The position numbers were made by a program, and so were the translations under genes. DNA of 64,000 bases, from the NCBI GenBank assembly GCA_965235115.1, contig OZ249436.1, positions 29,080,001-29,144,000 on the forward strand. The letters are read 5' to 3'. The notes beneath the pieces are model-generated. The model was not told the origin of the DNA, made no database searches, and saw only the letters and a program-made list of their open reading frames with translations. The stretch comes from Laetmonice hystrix (taxonomy: Eukaryota). Positions 11,501 to 23,000 of the stretch are shown in pieces; the stretch's first letter is position 1; each line of letters starts with the position of its first letter.

Positions 11501-14342
11501 TCACTACAGGAGGAGTGCACTTTAAAAATTAGTAAGGACTTCGGAATTTCTCAAATTGGCAGCCAAATTTGACATGTCGAGAATCAAACAGTAGTGGGTC
11601 CGCCATGTTTTTTCGTCCGACCGCCGCCTAGGACAACTCCCGAGTAGTCCTAGAAAGTCGGACAGTCCGACCGGGTCGGACGCCAATCGAACGTTTATAG
11701 ATAGGCCTGTCTGACTGGGTCGGACATGGTCCGTCGCCCGGTCGGACAGTCCTACGCTTTCATTGAAACACCCCCCTGGTCTGATGTAAGTTAGTCAAGT
11801 TAATGGCTAAATGACTATTAAACCTCCAACAAATTATTTACCCACATTGAAAGAAAAATTGAAAAACAAACCTCAGGATATCCTTGCGCGTGAAGAAGGT
11901 ACAATCCTGAAAACAAAATATTTTACACTTGCTTAGGTGGTAAAACGTTACTCAATCCGTGTTAAAATTACCTCAACTAGTTGTACAATTATTGGGCGTC
12001 ATGTCATGAGAAATCTGTACAACAACAAGTATTAGTCTAAAGTGCTCCGAGAATCAATCATTGGTCATTTGGCCTGGCTATCAAATCGATCAGAAAATGA
12101 CCAATCAATGTTAAATACACAAATTCATTTTTGTTCGCATGTATTTCATTAAGATTAGGCGTTGCCTCAGTGTCATTAACGCATTTAAAAGGCCACACAG
12201 ACAGTAGTTGGACTAATCAAACTCATAAGAGTCATAGTCAGGGCTCCGCTTCACTGCTGATTAGGGGTTAATAAGGGACTTGAGACGCATGCGTAACGGC
12301 GCATTTCCAGTAATATCCATGTGGCGGCAGCACTGTCGCCCGGTCCTCTCGGCTACATATTAGTATAATGTTAGATAGGACGATGAAATGCTAATCTGTG
12401 GCAGGATCTGTTTAGACTATTTCAGTATTTGTTATGAAAAATAATAACTTGTTAGGCCTCACTATATTGAAGAACTCCTAAACGTACCATAATATTTCAT
12501 AACAAATAGCCAGGCCTCGAATTACACGACGGCATCGACGGCAATTGCCGTCGTGCCCCTTCCATTTGCCGTGTTGCCCTCCTATTTTTTGCCCCATCAA
12601 CGGCAGTCCAGTGCCGTGGTGCCCTTTTCCCTTACTGTGATGTGCCCTTCAGCTGTAATCCGCCATCCACGAATCATCCCTGACCTCGAGCCCCTAGTGA
12701 TCACGCACACTACTAACCTAAAGTGTTAAGATTCCTTGTTTTACTGTTAAGCCAGACATGCAAGGTTTGGTTTTGGAGAAGTAAATTTGCCGTGGTGCCC
12801 TTCCAAACTTGTTGAAAATGCTGTGGTGCCCTCCTTTAAACAAGGCCCTAGATGGCAATATTTGCCGTGCCCCTTTTAAGTTCTAATTCGAGGCCTGAAT
12901 AGCACTCCGGGGCACCCAGCGATAGATTAGCATTTCGTCGACCTATCTAACGTCATAATAATGTGGCCCAAGGGGATCGGGGTGATAGTGCTGCCGCCAC
13001 GCGGAAAAGACCGTAACGCAAGTCTCTCATTGGTTTACTGGTTTAAACTATGAAATTATCCAGAAGCAGAGGTTGTGGATATTTCTGGTGTCGCCAGTAT
13101 CATTCAGAGGTAGAGTCAGATTCAACAGGTTACGGCACTTCAGTATCAATTTTGGAGTGTATTTCAGGCAGGGCCGAGGTAAGGCCACATTTTTCTATCA
13201 TTTCGTTTACATCATTACAGGCCCGCCGACATAGGAAAACGCAAAAGTAGAACAGAAATAAGATTGCAAAATTCACTTTTTTTCAATTACTGCCAAACTT
13301 CCTGATGTGCCAGTCAGAAAAAAGGCCCAAGTTTTTTATTCAGTTGGCATAAATATCTGCATGTTAGACTTTACTTAGGCCAAATAAAAAAAGTTACTTG
13401 TTTAGCGCCCCCCCCCCCCCCACCTGTGAAATGCCCCCGACCTGGATTTAAAAAAAAAATTTATTTTATATAAAGTGTAAAAACTGTCAAAACAACGTCT
13501 TCCTGCCTAAGAACAGTGTATAATGCCCGATGAGGGCACCCTCTAGACATCAGACTAAAGGTGAACCAATGAGCCTGCGCATTAACATCGATGCCATTCG
13601 TTTTTCAGTCATGTCAGCTGCAAAAGTTTAACTTTCACTTGAACAAAGACTTAAATAGAATTTTCGAAGTTTTCATAGTCTTCTAGATCTATACCTTCCT
13701 AACTTGCCGTCTGACCATGAATACCATGGGTGTCTTCTTCCTACAGCGACACCGCCACTCCATTCATAGAATAAAAAATAAAAACCTCCCCCCCCCCCCG
13801 ACATGGAAAAATTTGACGAGGCGGACGCTAAACATTAAAACAAGTAACTTTTTTTATTTGGCCTTAAATTACTTTTTACAAATTGGAACTGGAAGTCGGA
13901 AAATAAAAAGTATTTTAAAGCGGGAGGAAGTTTTTATTTATTTATCGTTTGTCCTTCGTACTTTCTTTGGGCAACTTTGGCGGGTGCCTCTAGTCTAGGG
14001 CCTAAACCAAACAATAAAAAGAGTGTGGTCTAAAATGTCAATCTCGCTCCTGCCTGCCTGGAGCATAGGAATTATTAAAACAAATCCTAGGACTAGATAT
14101 ATATTACTATTATTAGCCCTAACGTACTTGGTTAAGTCAAGAGCAGGGTACCGTACCATTACGACCATGTAGCCTCTCACATAGGCCGACACTGGGACGA
14201 TACTCCGTCTACGTACATGGTACATCCCCTGATCAGTGAGTCATAAACTACACTACACCCCCCCCCCCCCTCCACACAAGTAAATACATACCTGATAAGC
14301 ATCCAACTGATCATCGGTGAAAGTTATTTGCTTATTACCCAT
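5505..14342 (-). CDS. CIB2: Calcium- and integrin-binding family protein (CIB2/CIB3-like EF-hand protein), 7 coding exons
   Basis: Exons 14292-14342, 11872-11906, 6836-6953, 6468-6615, 6108-6214, 5738-5826 and 5505-5526 are all GT-AG and phase-compatible. Product: [29 protein letters not shown]...[34 protein letters not shown]...[15 protein letters not shown]...[37 protein letters not shown]2 versus CIB3 cannot be resolved. Confidence 0.92.
8541..8915. mobile_element. PIF/Harbinger-type MITE
   Basis: TAA TSD; TIR AGCCAGGTTCATACTT / AAGTATGAACCGGCCT, with the inverted match extending about 45 bp. Confidence 0.8.
8927..11775. mobile_element. Harbinger-like non-autonomous element (CTG TSD) carrying a nested insertion
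   Basis: CTG|GGGGTTGTTTCA ... TGAAACACCCCC|CTG, with GTCCGAC/GTCGGAC subterminal motifs. A short relative lies at about 22156-22275. Confidence 0.7.
9525..11486. mobile_element. Foldback element with long TIRs and a 4-bp AAAT TSD (possibly Sola-like)
   Basis: AAAT|GGGTCATTCC...GGAATGACCC|AAAT; about 170-bp TIRs, internal inverted duplications and a TAATTAAAT-type simple repeat. Confidence 0.75.
12511..12897. mobile_element. hAT-like MITE with a 6-bp TSD, nested in an older inverted-repeat element (about 12282-13026)
   Basis: AATAGC|CAGGCCTCGAATT...AATTCGAGGCCTG|AATAGC; internal GCCGTGGTGCCC repeats. Confidence 0.7.
13180..14032. mobile_element. TA-flanked MITE (AGGCCACA.. termini) with a nested MITE at about 13376-13866; related copy at about 26904-27637
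   Basis: The internal sequence TTACAGGCCCGCCGACAT...CTGCATGTTAGACTTTACTTA is shared with 26904-27260. Nested TIR TAGGCCAAATAAAAAAAGTTACTTG / CAAGTAACTTTTTTTATTTGGCCT. Confidence 0.65.
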
Positions 14343-15014
14343 CCCGTACAGTTACAGCCTCTGTCGTAGTGGCTCCGATCTGCGATTTTACCTGCACCGC
14401 GGACCGTCGTCTGCACGGACACCCATAGGCCTACCGGAAAGTGGAGTGTCGTGAGGTTATCAGAGAGTGATTATGTCGATGTCGGAATTAATAAGTCTGG
14501 CTTTGTTTGAAATATATAGATCTAGTTTATATTGGCCTATAAGTATAAATAACGATTCATTTTTAGAAAAAGGAAATCCAATGTTTTACGACTTATCAAA
14601 AGTTGCCACAGAAACCATAATAAACAACATGGCGGCACGTGTTACTGTTTATTTGGCCATCTTATTTACTAATTTAGGAAAAAGTAGGAACAATTCCTTG
14701 ACTAATGTTACAATCTTTATATCAAAAGCCTATTTGGGGATTTACATGAACGGTAGATTTTATGAAAGAAGGAACTCGACAATGTCGACCGGAGTCTGAA
14801 ATTATAGTTACACAGAGCAGGTGCTTGCTGTTGACTGTTCCACGACCACGTCACTACGTGCCTGCCTGACCAGCTGGCGGTGCCTGTGCTGAGGCTGTGC
14901 CGTAGCCTCGGCCAAGGCTAGGATAAAAAATAGATCTGTACTGTGCTGATCTTAGTCTAAGCTAAGGCCAAAGTACCGTATAGACAACGTACCACGTACG
15001 TACCACTCGTGGCA
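14343..15014. promoter_or_regulatory. Probable bidirectional promoter between the CIB gene and LRRC61
   Basis: Divergent ATGs 672 bp apart; CpG-richer patches near both starts; YY1-like AACATGGCGG at 14626-14635. Confidence 0.6.
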
Positions 15015-18000
15015 ATGGCTTCAAGTTCAAGTTCAAGAGCCACAGGTAGGTGGTACTACTTACTACTAGTACTACTACTAGTTAGGTTACAGGTAGTATA
15101 GGACAGCGGCAGGTACACTTACATTACTACTAGATCTACAAGATCTACAAAAGTACTAGTCAGTGCATATCATCACCATGTCATGATATGGGCAAGCATT
15201 AATAGAAAAGATATTACTATAGGCCTATGTGATAAGCTATGATATTTTTGTAATTAAACTGGAAAGTAGGCCTACGAAAATATAGCTGGCAGTGAGTGAA
15301 GCAAAACTCACCAATAATACTAGAGTCAAAAACCTACTTTTCAGTTTGTTCGCCCCCAAAAAAACAATAAATAAGATACCATTTTAAAAAGTGAAATGGG
15401 AATAGAAGAAAAAACTAAAATGTGCACAATAATTGATGTGGATACTTCGTCTTTTGATGATGTTACATTTCAGAGGGGAAAATAACAAGACAGATCATGA
15501 AGACCCGAAGTGGGGAATTTGATATTGAGAGCATCCATTCCATGGTTCTCAGAAACCAAGGTAGATCTAATAGTACTACTTTAATCAATTACCCTGAAAT
15601 AGGTGCCACTTTATAAAAAATGTACTTAACAATATCCCAGTACTACGTGACTTATTTGTAGTCAGACCTCATTTATCTGAAAAGCTTGGTGCTCATTAAT
15701 ATGTGTTCAGACTGTGAAACGTACGGATTACTGAATCATTTTAAATAGAAAATGGTAGAAGAGGTTACCAGAAATTTTCAGATTGTGAGGTACACAGATT
15801 AAAGAAGCACGGATTAACAAGGTCTGATTGTATTTGTAATAAAAAAATGTGTCAAAAAATAAACCTTGGATAAAAAGAATATCACTTATTGGCCAATAAA
15901 TTTGCATGATTTGAGGATTCAGGACCAACTGGCTTAATTCTACCACTAGAATGGACTGTCATTACATTACATTTCATCAAACACTGGACAGGTATCGGTG
16001 ACTTGGGTTGTATTGGAGAGTGCCTGAGCATTGAACGTCTTGACCTCTCAAGAAATGATGTCACAAAACTCTACAACCTTGCAGGCTTGTCAAACCTTGC
16101 ATACCTTAATTTGTCTGCTAATAGGATCACATCCCTAGGTAGGTCGAAAAAATACAACACCACAATTTGATACCTGTAGTGTACTACCAGGGGCCCGTCT
16201 TACTAACGTAGATCCCGGGGATAATCCCCGGGATTGTCCCCAGTTTGGGGACATCCCCACTCTGAGGCGTCCTACTAAGAATGTCCCTCCCGGCGACATC
16301 CCCAAATCTGGGATTTTGGTGGGGACTGCTACTGAGTAGTTCCCGCCAAATCCTCCGATAAGAAAACGTTAATTAGAGGTATATCTCTAAGTAAATAAAA
16401 GCTAAAATGTGTCAAACCGTAAACTAGAGATCTTGCTTGCTCTCCCCAGTGCCACGAACACATCGTTTGTCATGACAGAGAGCGCTACGTGACGTCCAAA
16501 CAAACCATTGTCTGACATCAAAATAGACAGTGATTCTAGCTGACATAGTGAACGGGCATGGCGGACGTCTAAAATAACGTGTTTTGGAATGTTAGTTTAT
16601 CATAATCAAACAACGGAAGTCGAGCTCATGATTTTAGTTACATAGATTGTAAAAGGTAAGAAGGCAAAATGCACTACAAAAGGTGTTAAAACAGCATGTT
16701 TTAAGTTTCTCTGCTGGGCGAATTATCATCAGCATAAGCGACAATCGGCGACATGTTAGTAAGACAGTCATCGAGGGAGGTCGCCGGGATGTCCCCAGAT
16801 TGGGGATGTCGCCAGCTGGGGACAAAATTCTTAGTAAGACGGGCCCCAGTGTTCTGCACCGGAGGAAATGTCATACCGACGGTGAGCTGGGGGTATGGGG
16901 AAAATGGACACCGGCTGTCACTTTGGGCGCTCAGTACACCGGCGGGAGATAAAAGTACACCGGCGGGCCGCCTGTGTACTTTGTATGTGTGGAGAACACT
17001 GATTACAATTTTAATTACAAGTCACTGAACCTGAGTAGTGACACTGATGTCAAAAGCAGTGCACATCATGTATGTTGCATATCAAGTTTTCAAGTTAGAC
17101 AGAGAACAGGTATACCCATATGTATCAAAACCTGATGTAAATTATGGAGTAAAAACTCAGCCTATCTTTCATACCATGCATCCTTACATTGATCAGAGTC
17201 CACTTTTTATAAAGAATTTATTTCGTCTCAATGCAGAAGGTCTTCAGTCGCTGGAAAACCTAAAAACCTTAAATCTTGCCGGGAATCTCATCGGGAGGTG
17301 AGTGCTCATGAATACCTTGATTTACTGATGTAATTTCTTATTTTTAATATTATCCTAGGCCAGGTACCTGATTCATATTTTTCTAGTTTCAAGATGGTAA
17401 TAATTTTTTTTCAAAACAATGCAATTCTTGATGGAAAGGCTTAACTTTCAAAGAACACTCAATAGGATAGAATCAGTGCCTTGAAGTTAAAAACTCTAAT
17501 ACACAATCACACTTTTAGAGGACTCATAGTTACTGCTCATATTTACTGTTCTGCACTTGTACATTTACAATGGAACCATTCAGTGTTGACAGCTTACGTT
17601 GCCTCATGGGCCTTGAAAAGTTGGAAGACTTGAGATTGTGCGACATCATTAACAACTTGACCAACCCAGTGTGCATGAATAATATCTACAGGACGAATGT
17701 CTTAAATGTGCTTCCAAAATTAAGTGTACTTGATGGTAAGGATACATCTTATGCTATTGGAAATGTATTGGTGAATTCATCGTAAGGCTTTGAAACTTTG
17801 TTTCCTCAAAGATAGACCAAGTGGATTTTCCACCTTTACCAATCGAGATTATTAGATGACCTTAGCAGCCATTAGCCAGATGTAGATAACTTTTGGTTAC
17901 CTTGTACATCTTCAAGACATAAATCTGCAACAACCAGCATTGCATTCTTTAACATGCCAATGATTTATACAGGAGAACGTCTCTCAGGACCGGGCAGTGA

Positions 18001-19285
18001 GGTGTTCAAAATGTGTACAGAAATTGAAGCCGCTCTAAACTGTAAGTATGTCCTCGCTGTTGGCAATACAACAGGAAACTAGAGCTAAGACGGCGAAGCT
18101 GAGATGTACTCTTCAAGAGTACCATAGTTATATTGAAGTGTATCATATTTAGTGCATGATTATTTTGACAATTCTTTCTTTCAGCTTATGTAATATAAAT
18201 GTGCAAAGTGGTGGTGTTTGGTAATTATATCTGGATTTCATCACAGATAAATGACTTTAAAAAAGTTGTGGAAATTGCAATGCTCTGATAAGAACTCTAC
18301 TGGTTCAGATATTTAAGAGGTTAGAACTGGATTGAATTATCATATTTGTGTGTAAATATAAATAAGGATTTCCCGCCCCCCCCCCCCCCCCCCTTCCTCA
18401 AAATATGGGCTCTGAATTTTTACCGTGAGGTTTTACAGGGGCAGATCCAGGATTTCTTGAAAGGTGGAGCGTAGCCCACCATGTGAGCGCCAAAGCCTTT
18501 GGTGCCAAAGGTCCTCCCCCAGAAAAAGTTGAAAATTGAAGTGCCAAATATATGCGTTTTCCTGGCATCTGGGACACAAATCAGAGGTGTTGTAGTTAGC
18601 TGAAAAAGTTCTTTCCCAGGGGTCCCGAAATAAGGGGCGCCCCCCCCCCCTAAATCTGCCACTGAGCTATTCTGACATCAAACGTTTTATTCCTGCAGCT
18701 TTAGGGGCAAAAAGTGGAATAGCAGAGTTATCGCCTTCAGGACCGTGGATTAAACCAGAATTGTGGGAACCCTCCAAGACCTTTGAGAAAACGAGCCTGG
18801 CTGATACCGACAAACAATTACAAGGTTGGCATTTGAGGAGCAGTACTACAATGCCTAGGCCTAGCATAGGATTCTCCTTATGTGTTAGCATGGTGGTACT
18901 GCTACCACCACTATTCGGAATTCTGGTCATAACCCTACAAAATTCTACTCCCTTGGGAATCATTTTATAAAAAGAATGATGGAATGAATGGAAGATTTCT
19001 TTTATTATGATTTCAATCCTCGTCATATACAAACTATATCATTGAGCATGCTGATCCAAATATTTAACCCTTTCTTTTAAAGTTTAAAATGAATACAGCC
19101 ACACGGTTTTAACATAACAACTCTTCAACTGTGTTACAATCAACCATACCTCCTCACAACTTGTGAATACAGTTTTTATAACATCTGTTTCAGATCTGTT
19201 AGTCGACAGCAAACGTATCATCCATGAGGGAGATGTGAAAATTCAAAAATATTTTCAACAGCCATCTGAAGCAGGCGATAGCTAG
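15015..19285 (+). CDS. LRRC61: Leucine-rich repeat-containing protein 61, 8 coding exons
   Basis: Exons 15015-15045, 15474-15560, 15992-16138, 17237-17297, 17584-17735, 17973-18041, 18699-18824 and 19194-19285 are GT-AG and in phase. KITRQIMKTRSGEFDIESI, GIGDLGCIGECLSIERLDLSRN, LNLSANRITSL, LTNPVC, VLDGERLSGPGSE and PWIKPELWE match recalled human LRRC61. Confidence 0.9.
16191..16846. mobile_element. Harbinger-type MITE (CAG TSD), immediately followed by a CAGTGTTCT..AGAACACTG MITE (16847-17001)
   Basis: CAG|GGGCCCGTCTTACTAA...TTAGTAAGACGGGCCC|CAG. Confidence 0.8.
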
Positions 19286-20089
19286 TAGTGACGTCACTGG
19301 AATGTTTGTTTTTTTATCATCATCTCACAATATTGTTAAGTCAGTGTTTCATATTGTACGTAAAGAACAATTTATCCTGTACAGCCACAGCACATTCTAC
19401 TCAAAAATAAATATTGTGATAGACGCCCAGACTGAGTGTCCGAATTTTCTGTTTTGGCACCTGAGATAGTATGGCCATGCTAGTAAATTTAGGGAAAGAC
19501 ACCATGCAATACAATAAACATCGGTAAACCATCTGTTTTGTTCTGTCATGAAAGAGATTTGTATACATGTAATGGAAAGTCCTGCTTACCATCCAATTAT
19601 TTCAGTTTACTTTTCCTCAAGCTTTCCAACGTCAAGGCTGTCTTCAATATGTTTCACAATGGTTCCGGACATGTTTCATCATTTAAATTAGTGTCGACTT
19701 CTGGTCATTATATGGATGGGTTATTGCTCGTCAACTGGCTGCTCTGGATGATGACACAACTTTCATAATTTTATGAATTTGTGTTTTTGTTGTTGTTCAT
19801 GGAGTGCATTCTACAAGTACATGTACACAAATTTGTTGGTTCTGAGGGGGGGGGGGGGGAATGATAAAAAGGTGTTATTTTTAACGGGCAATTCTGTTTC
19901 AGATAGGAAATTCTATTATTCTTTCTGCAATTCCATGATTGCGGAAATTGACTGGCACTAGATAATGTTCTCATTTAGGCTGATATTTTCTCTATATGGT
20001 GAGATTTTGACCAAGAAAAGAGCTGCGATATTTTGGCCCACTTTTGCATTTTTTTTACCTACCATGCACATTAAAACCTGGCATTCGCT

Positions 20090-23000
20090 TCACCTTTCTG
20101 AAACTCTTCTTCTCTTGCCAGGCCGTCGGCCTATTGGGGACAAGGAGGCTGTTCTCCTGCTGCTGCTAGAGTTTGTTCTTTCCCAACATCCTACCGGCGT
20201 TTCCTGTATCAATTCTGCTTGCGAGTCACTTCTGCTTGCAATGGCAGCCGCACCAAACAAGTTCTGCGTATTTCCATAGCTTGAGAGAATATTTTTCTTT
20301 CTACTTTTGTCATCTTTTGAACATGGTTTTTTTTGTTTGGCCTCAACCATATTGCCATGAGCGATACCAGATGTATCTTCAAGTAAACCACCAATAACAA
20401 TATCTGGACTTGTTCGGCTATGTTCACCTCCCTGATCTCCCTCTCCACTAATGTCTGAGGTTGGGTTCGGTTCTCTTTGATGTTTCTCCACTGAGCGTAA
20501 GTTCTGACCTTGACGGACCTCGTGCTGCATTAGAAAGTTCAAAACAGATTTTTGACTAGCATGGCTCATGGTCTTACTCATGTAAAAGCACCATAAAATC
20601 GATTGTAACCCATAACAACCCGGGGTGACCTCGAAAAAGAACGTTGTCACATAAATAAGCATAAACATTTGTAATATTTCATACAAGTTCCCAATTATTT
20701 TATCTGCTAAAGCTACTCTGGTCTTAATCCAGAATGACAGAGTTCAATATTAAAGTCATGCAGGGGGGAAAATAACCTGTCCCTTCCCCCACCATATGGT
20801 ATATGAGTTATCATTTACAATTAACTCCTGCTTTGTAAAAGAAACACAGCACGTACCTTTTCCTTAAGGAGATCCTGGATATCCTCATCACCATTCCAAA
20901 GTTTAATAAATAGTTGACATAATGGCTCTTCACTGTCAGGCTTAAAGATATCCAGTGGATCTGTGTCATCATATTCTGGATTATTCATTTGGATGCACGT
21001 TGCCTGTAAAACAGAATCCTCATTTAAGTAAATGGCATGTGGCAAATTTATATATAAACAAAAATGCACAGTTACATGTGGGTTCCACTTGACATGAGGG
21101 TGCCACATGACATGTGCATACCTGCCAACATTTGGTCGACGGAATCCGGAATCATCCCAAATTGACTTTTGATATTCTCTCTCAATAACTTATATGGGCC
21201 CCTTTCTTTTATCCATCTCTATCTCTCTCTCTCTCTTCCTCTCCATTACTGACAGAAAGCACAACTCCGATTTAATAGAGATCTAGTTATATGGCAGGGC
21301 CCATAAACGATCTTTTTGCCAATGAAACTCTGCCATGAGCGAGAGATTTAACATGTATTTGGAGGGAATCTATACTTATTCTGTAAATGTTATGATTCCG
21401 TAATATTTAGACAGTAATGCGGAATGCGGAATACCTCATTCAAATGCGGAAAGATTCCGCAGAATGCGGAAGGGTTGGCAGGTATGCATGTGGGTGCCAC
21501 AGAACTAGATGCACCAAGCTTTTGTATGCATTTATCAAATGGTCATTTCTTGCTTCGGGTGGCAATATTTTTGTAATTTTCCTGTATGAAATTTAATTCC
21601 CCCATGAGACAGAAGCGGTATGTCACAACGGTGATCACAGAGCGTGACCATTACCCAGACACTCCTTACACTTGTGACAACAAAAGGCCACCCTAAAATG
21701 TCAGAAATCGTCAATAGGCACAATGCCACAGATGTCGCAAGTCATGAGTCGTCACGCAAATGGCAGGGCGATGCCCCCAGAGCTGTGCACAGGGTTTTTT
21801 GAGGAGGGGCAGGTCACACTTGGGCTGGAAAATTTTGAAATTTAAGATTTAAGGAAATTTTGGAGGGGTGTTACAGAGGCCCCCCGCCCCCACGGCCCTC
21901 CCTGCCCCTCCCCAACCACACACTTTCAAATTTGGGGGACCAAAGTATGGTCTCCTTCAAAAAGAATTCCAGGGAGGACTCCCAGACCCTCGCCGCATGC
22001 CCTCCCCCCTCCCCCGCCACATGCATGCCTCGAGCCTTTGGCACTTGCGGTATGGTCACATGATTTCCATTTGCCCCCTCCACACTTCTTTGGAGCTTCC
22101 AACATCACTGAAAGGGTGGACACACCAGAAGCTGACTCATGAAATTCGGACTCCTGGGGGGTGTTTCACTAATCGTGTTGTACCGGCGACGGACCAAAAT
22201 TGCAGGCCCTACAACCAAGCGACGGACTGTCCGTCGCCGGTCGGACAGTCCGACACGCTTAGTGAAACACCCCCCTGAGCCCCACTGTGTTCCAGACTGT
22301 CAATAATCACCAGCGGTCAATATCCTGAGCAAACTGTGCAAACTCTTATAACATATTGACCAATGAAATGTATACTGAAAGATTAATTTCATTATGTGCA
22401 TTATGGCAATTTAAAAAATGTTTACATTCTTCTTTTGTGCGTTTATTTTTTTTCTTTCCCATCTGCATTTTACATAAAATATTTTATCAAAATTTAATCT
22501 CTCTTTAAGAGTGAAGGGATTATCCCAGTACAGAATTATGGCCCACAAACCAAGATAATTTATTAATTAAAGTAACTTGCAGTATTCTTTACATGTAGCA
22601 TAACCAGATAACCTACAATCTCCCTCATCTTTTTAGCTCAAAAAAAAGGGTGTAAAACCAAACTAAAGCTGAATCTGTATTGTATTAGATGAGTAACCAA
22701 CTTGGCAGAACAGTGCCTGAGACTAAACTCACCTTCTGACCAGATTCTAGTAATTTTTGGGCATATAGATCCTTCCTTCCACAGTTTTCACATGGTTCAT
22801 CTGTCACAGACTGTTGAAACTTGAAAGGTCGAGTATCCATGTTGCACAAGACACACTTGAACTGCTTTTTTGTCTTGACACTGAGTAAATCTATAGAAAA
22901 TAGAGTAGCTCTATTCATTGATATTGTCCGATTGTCAATTACAAATGTAATTAAAGCACATATCTATTAACAGATCTGACAATTTTGAAAGTTAAGTTTT

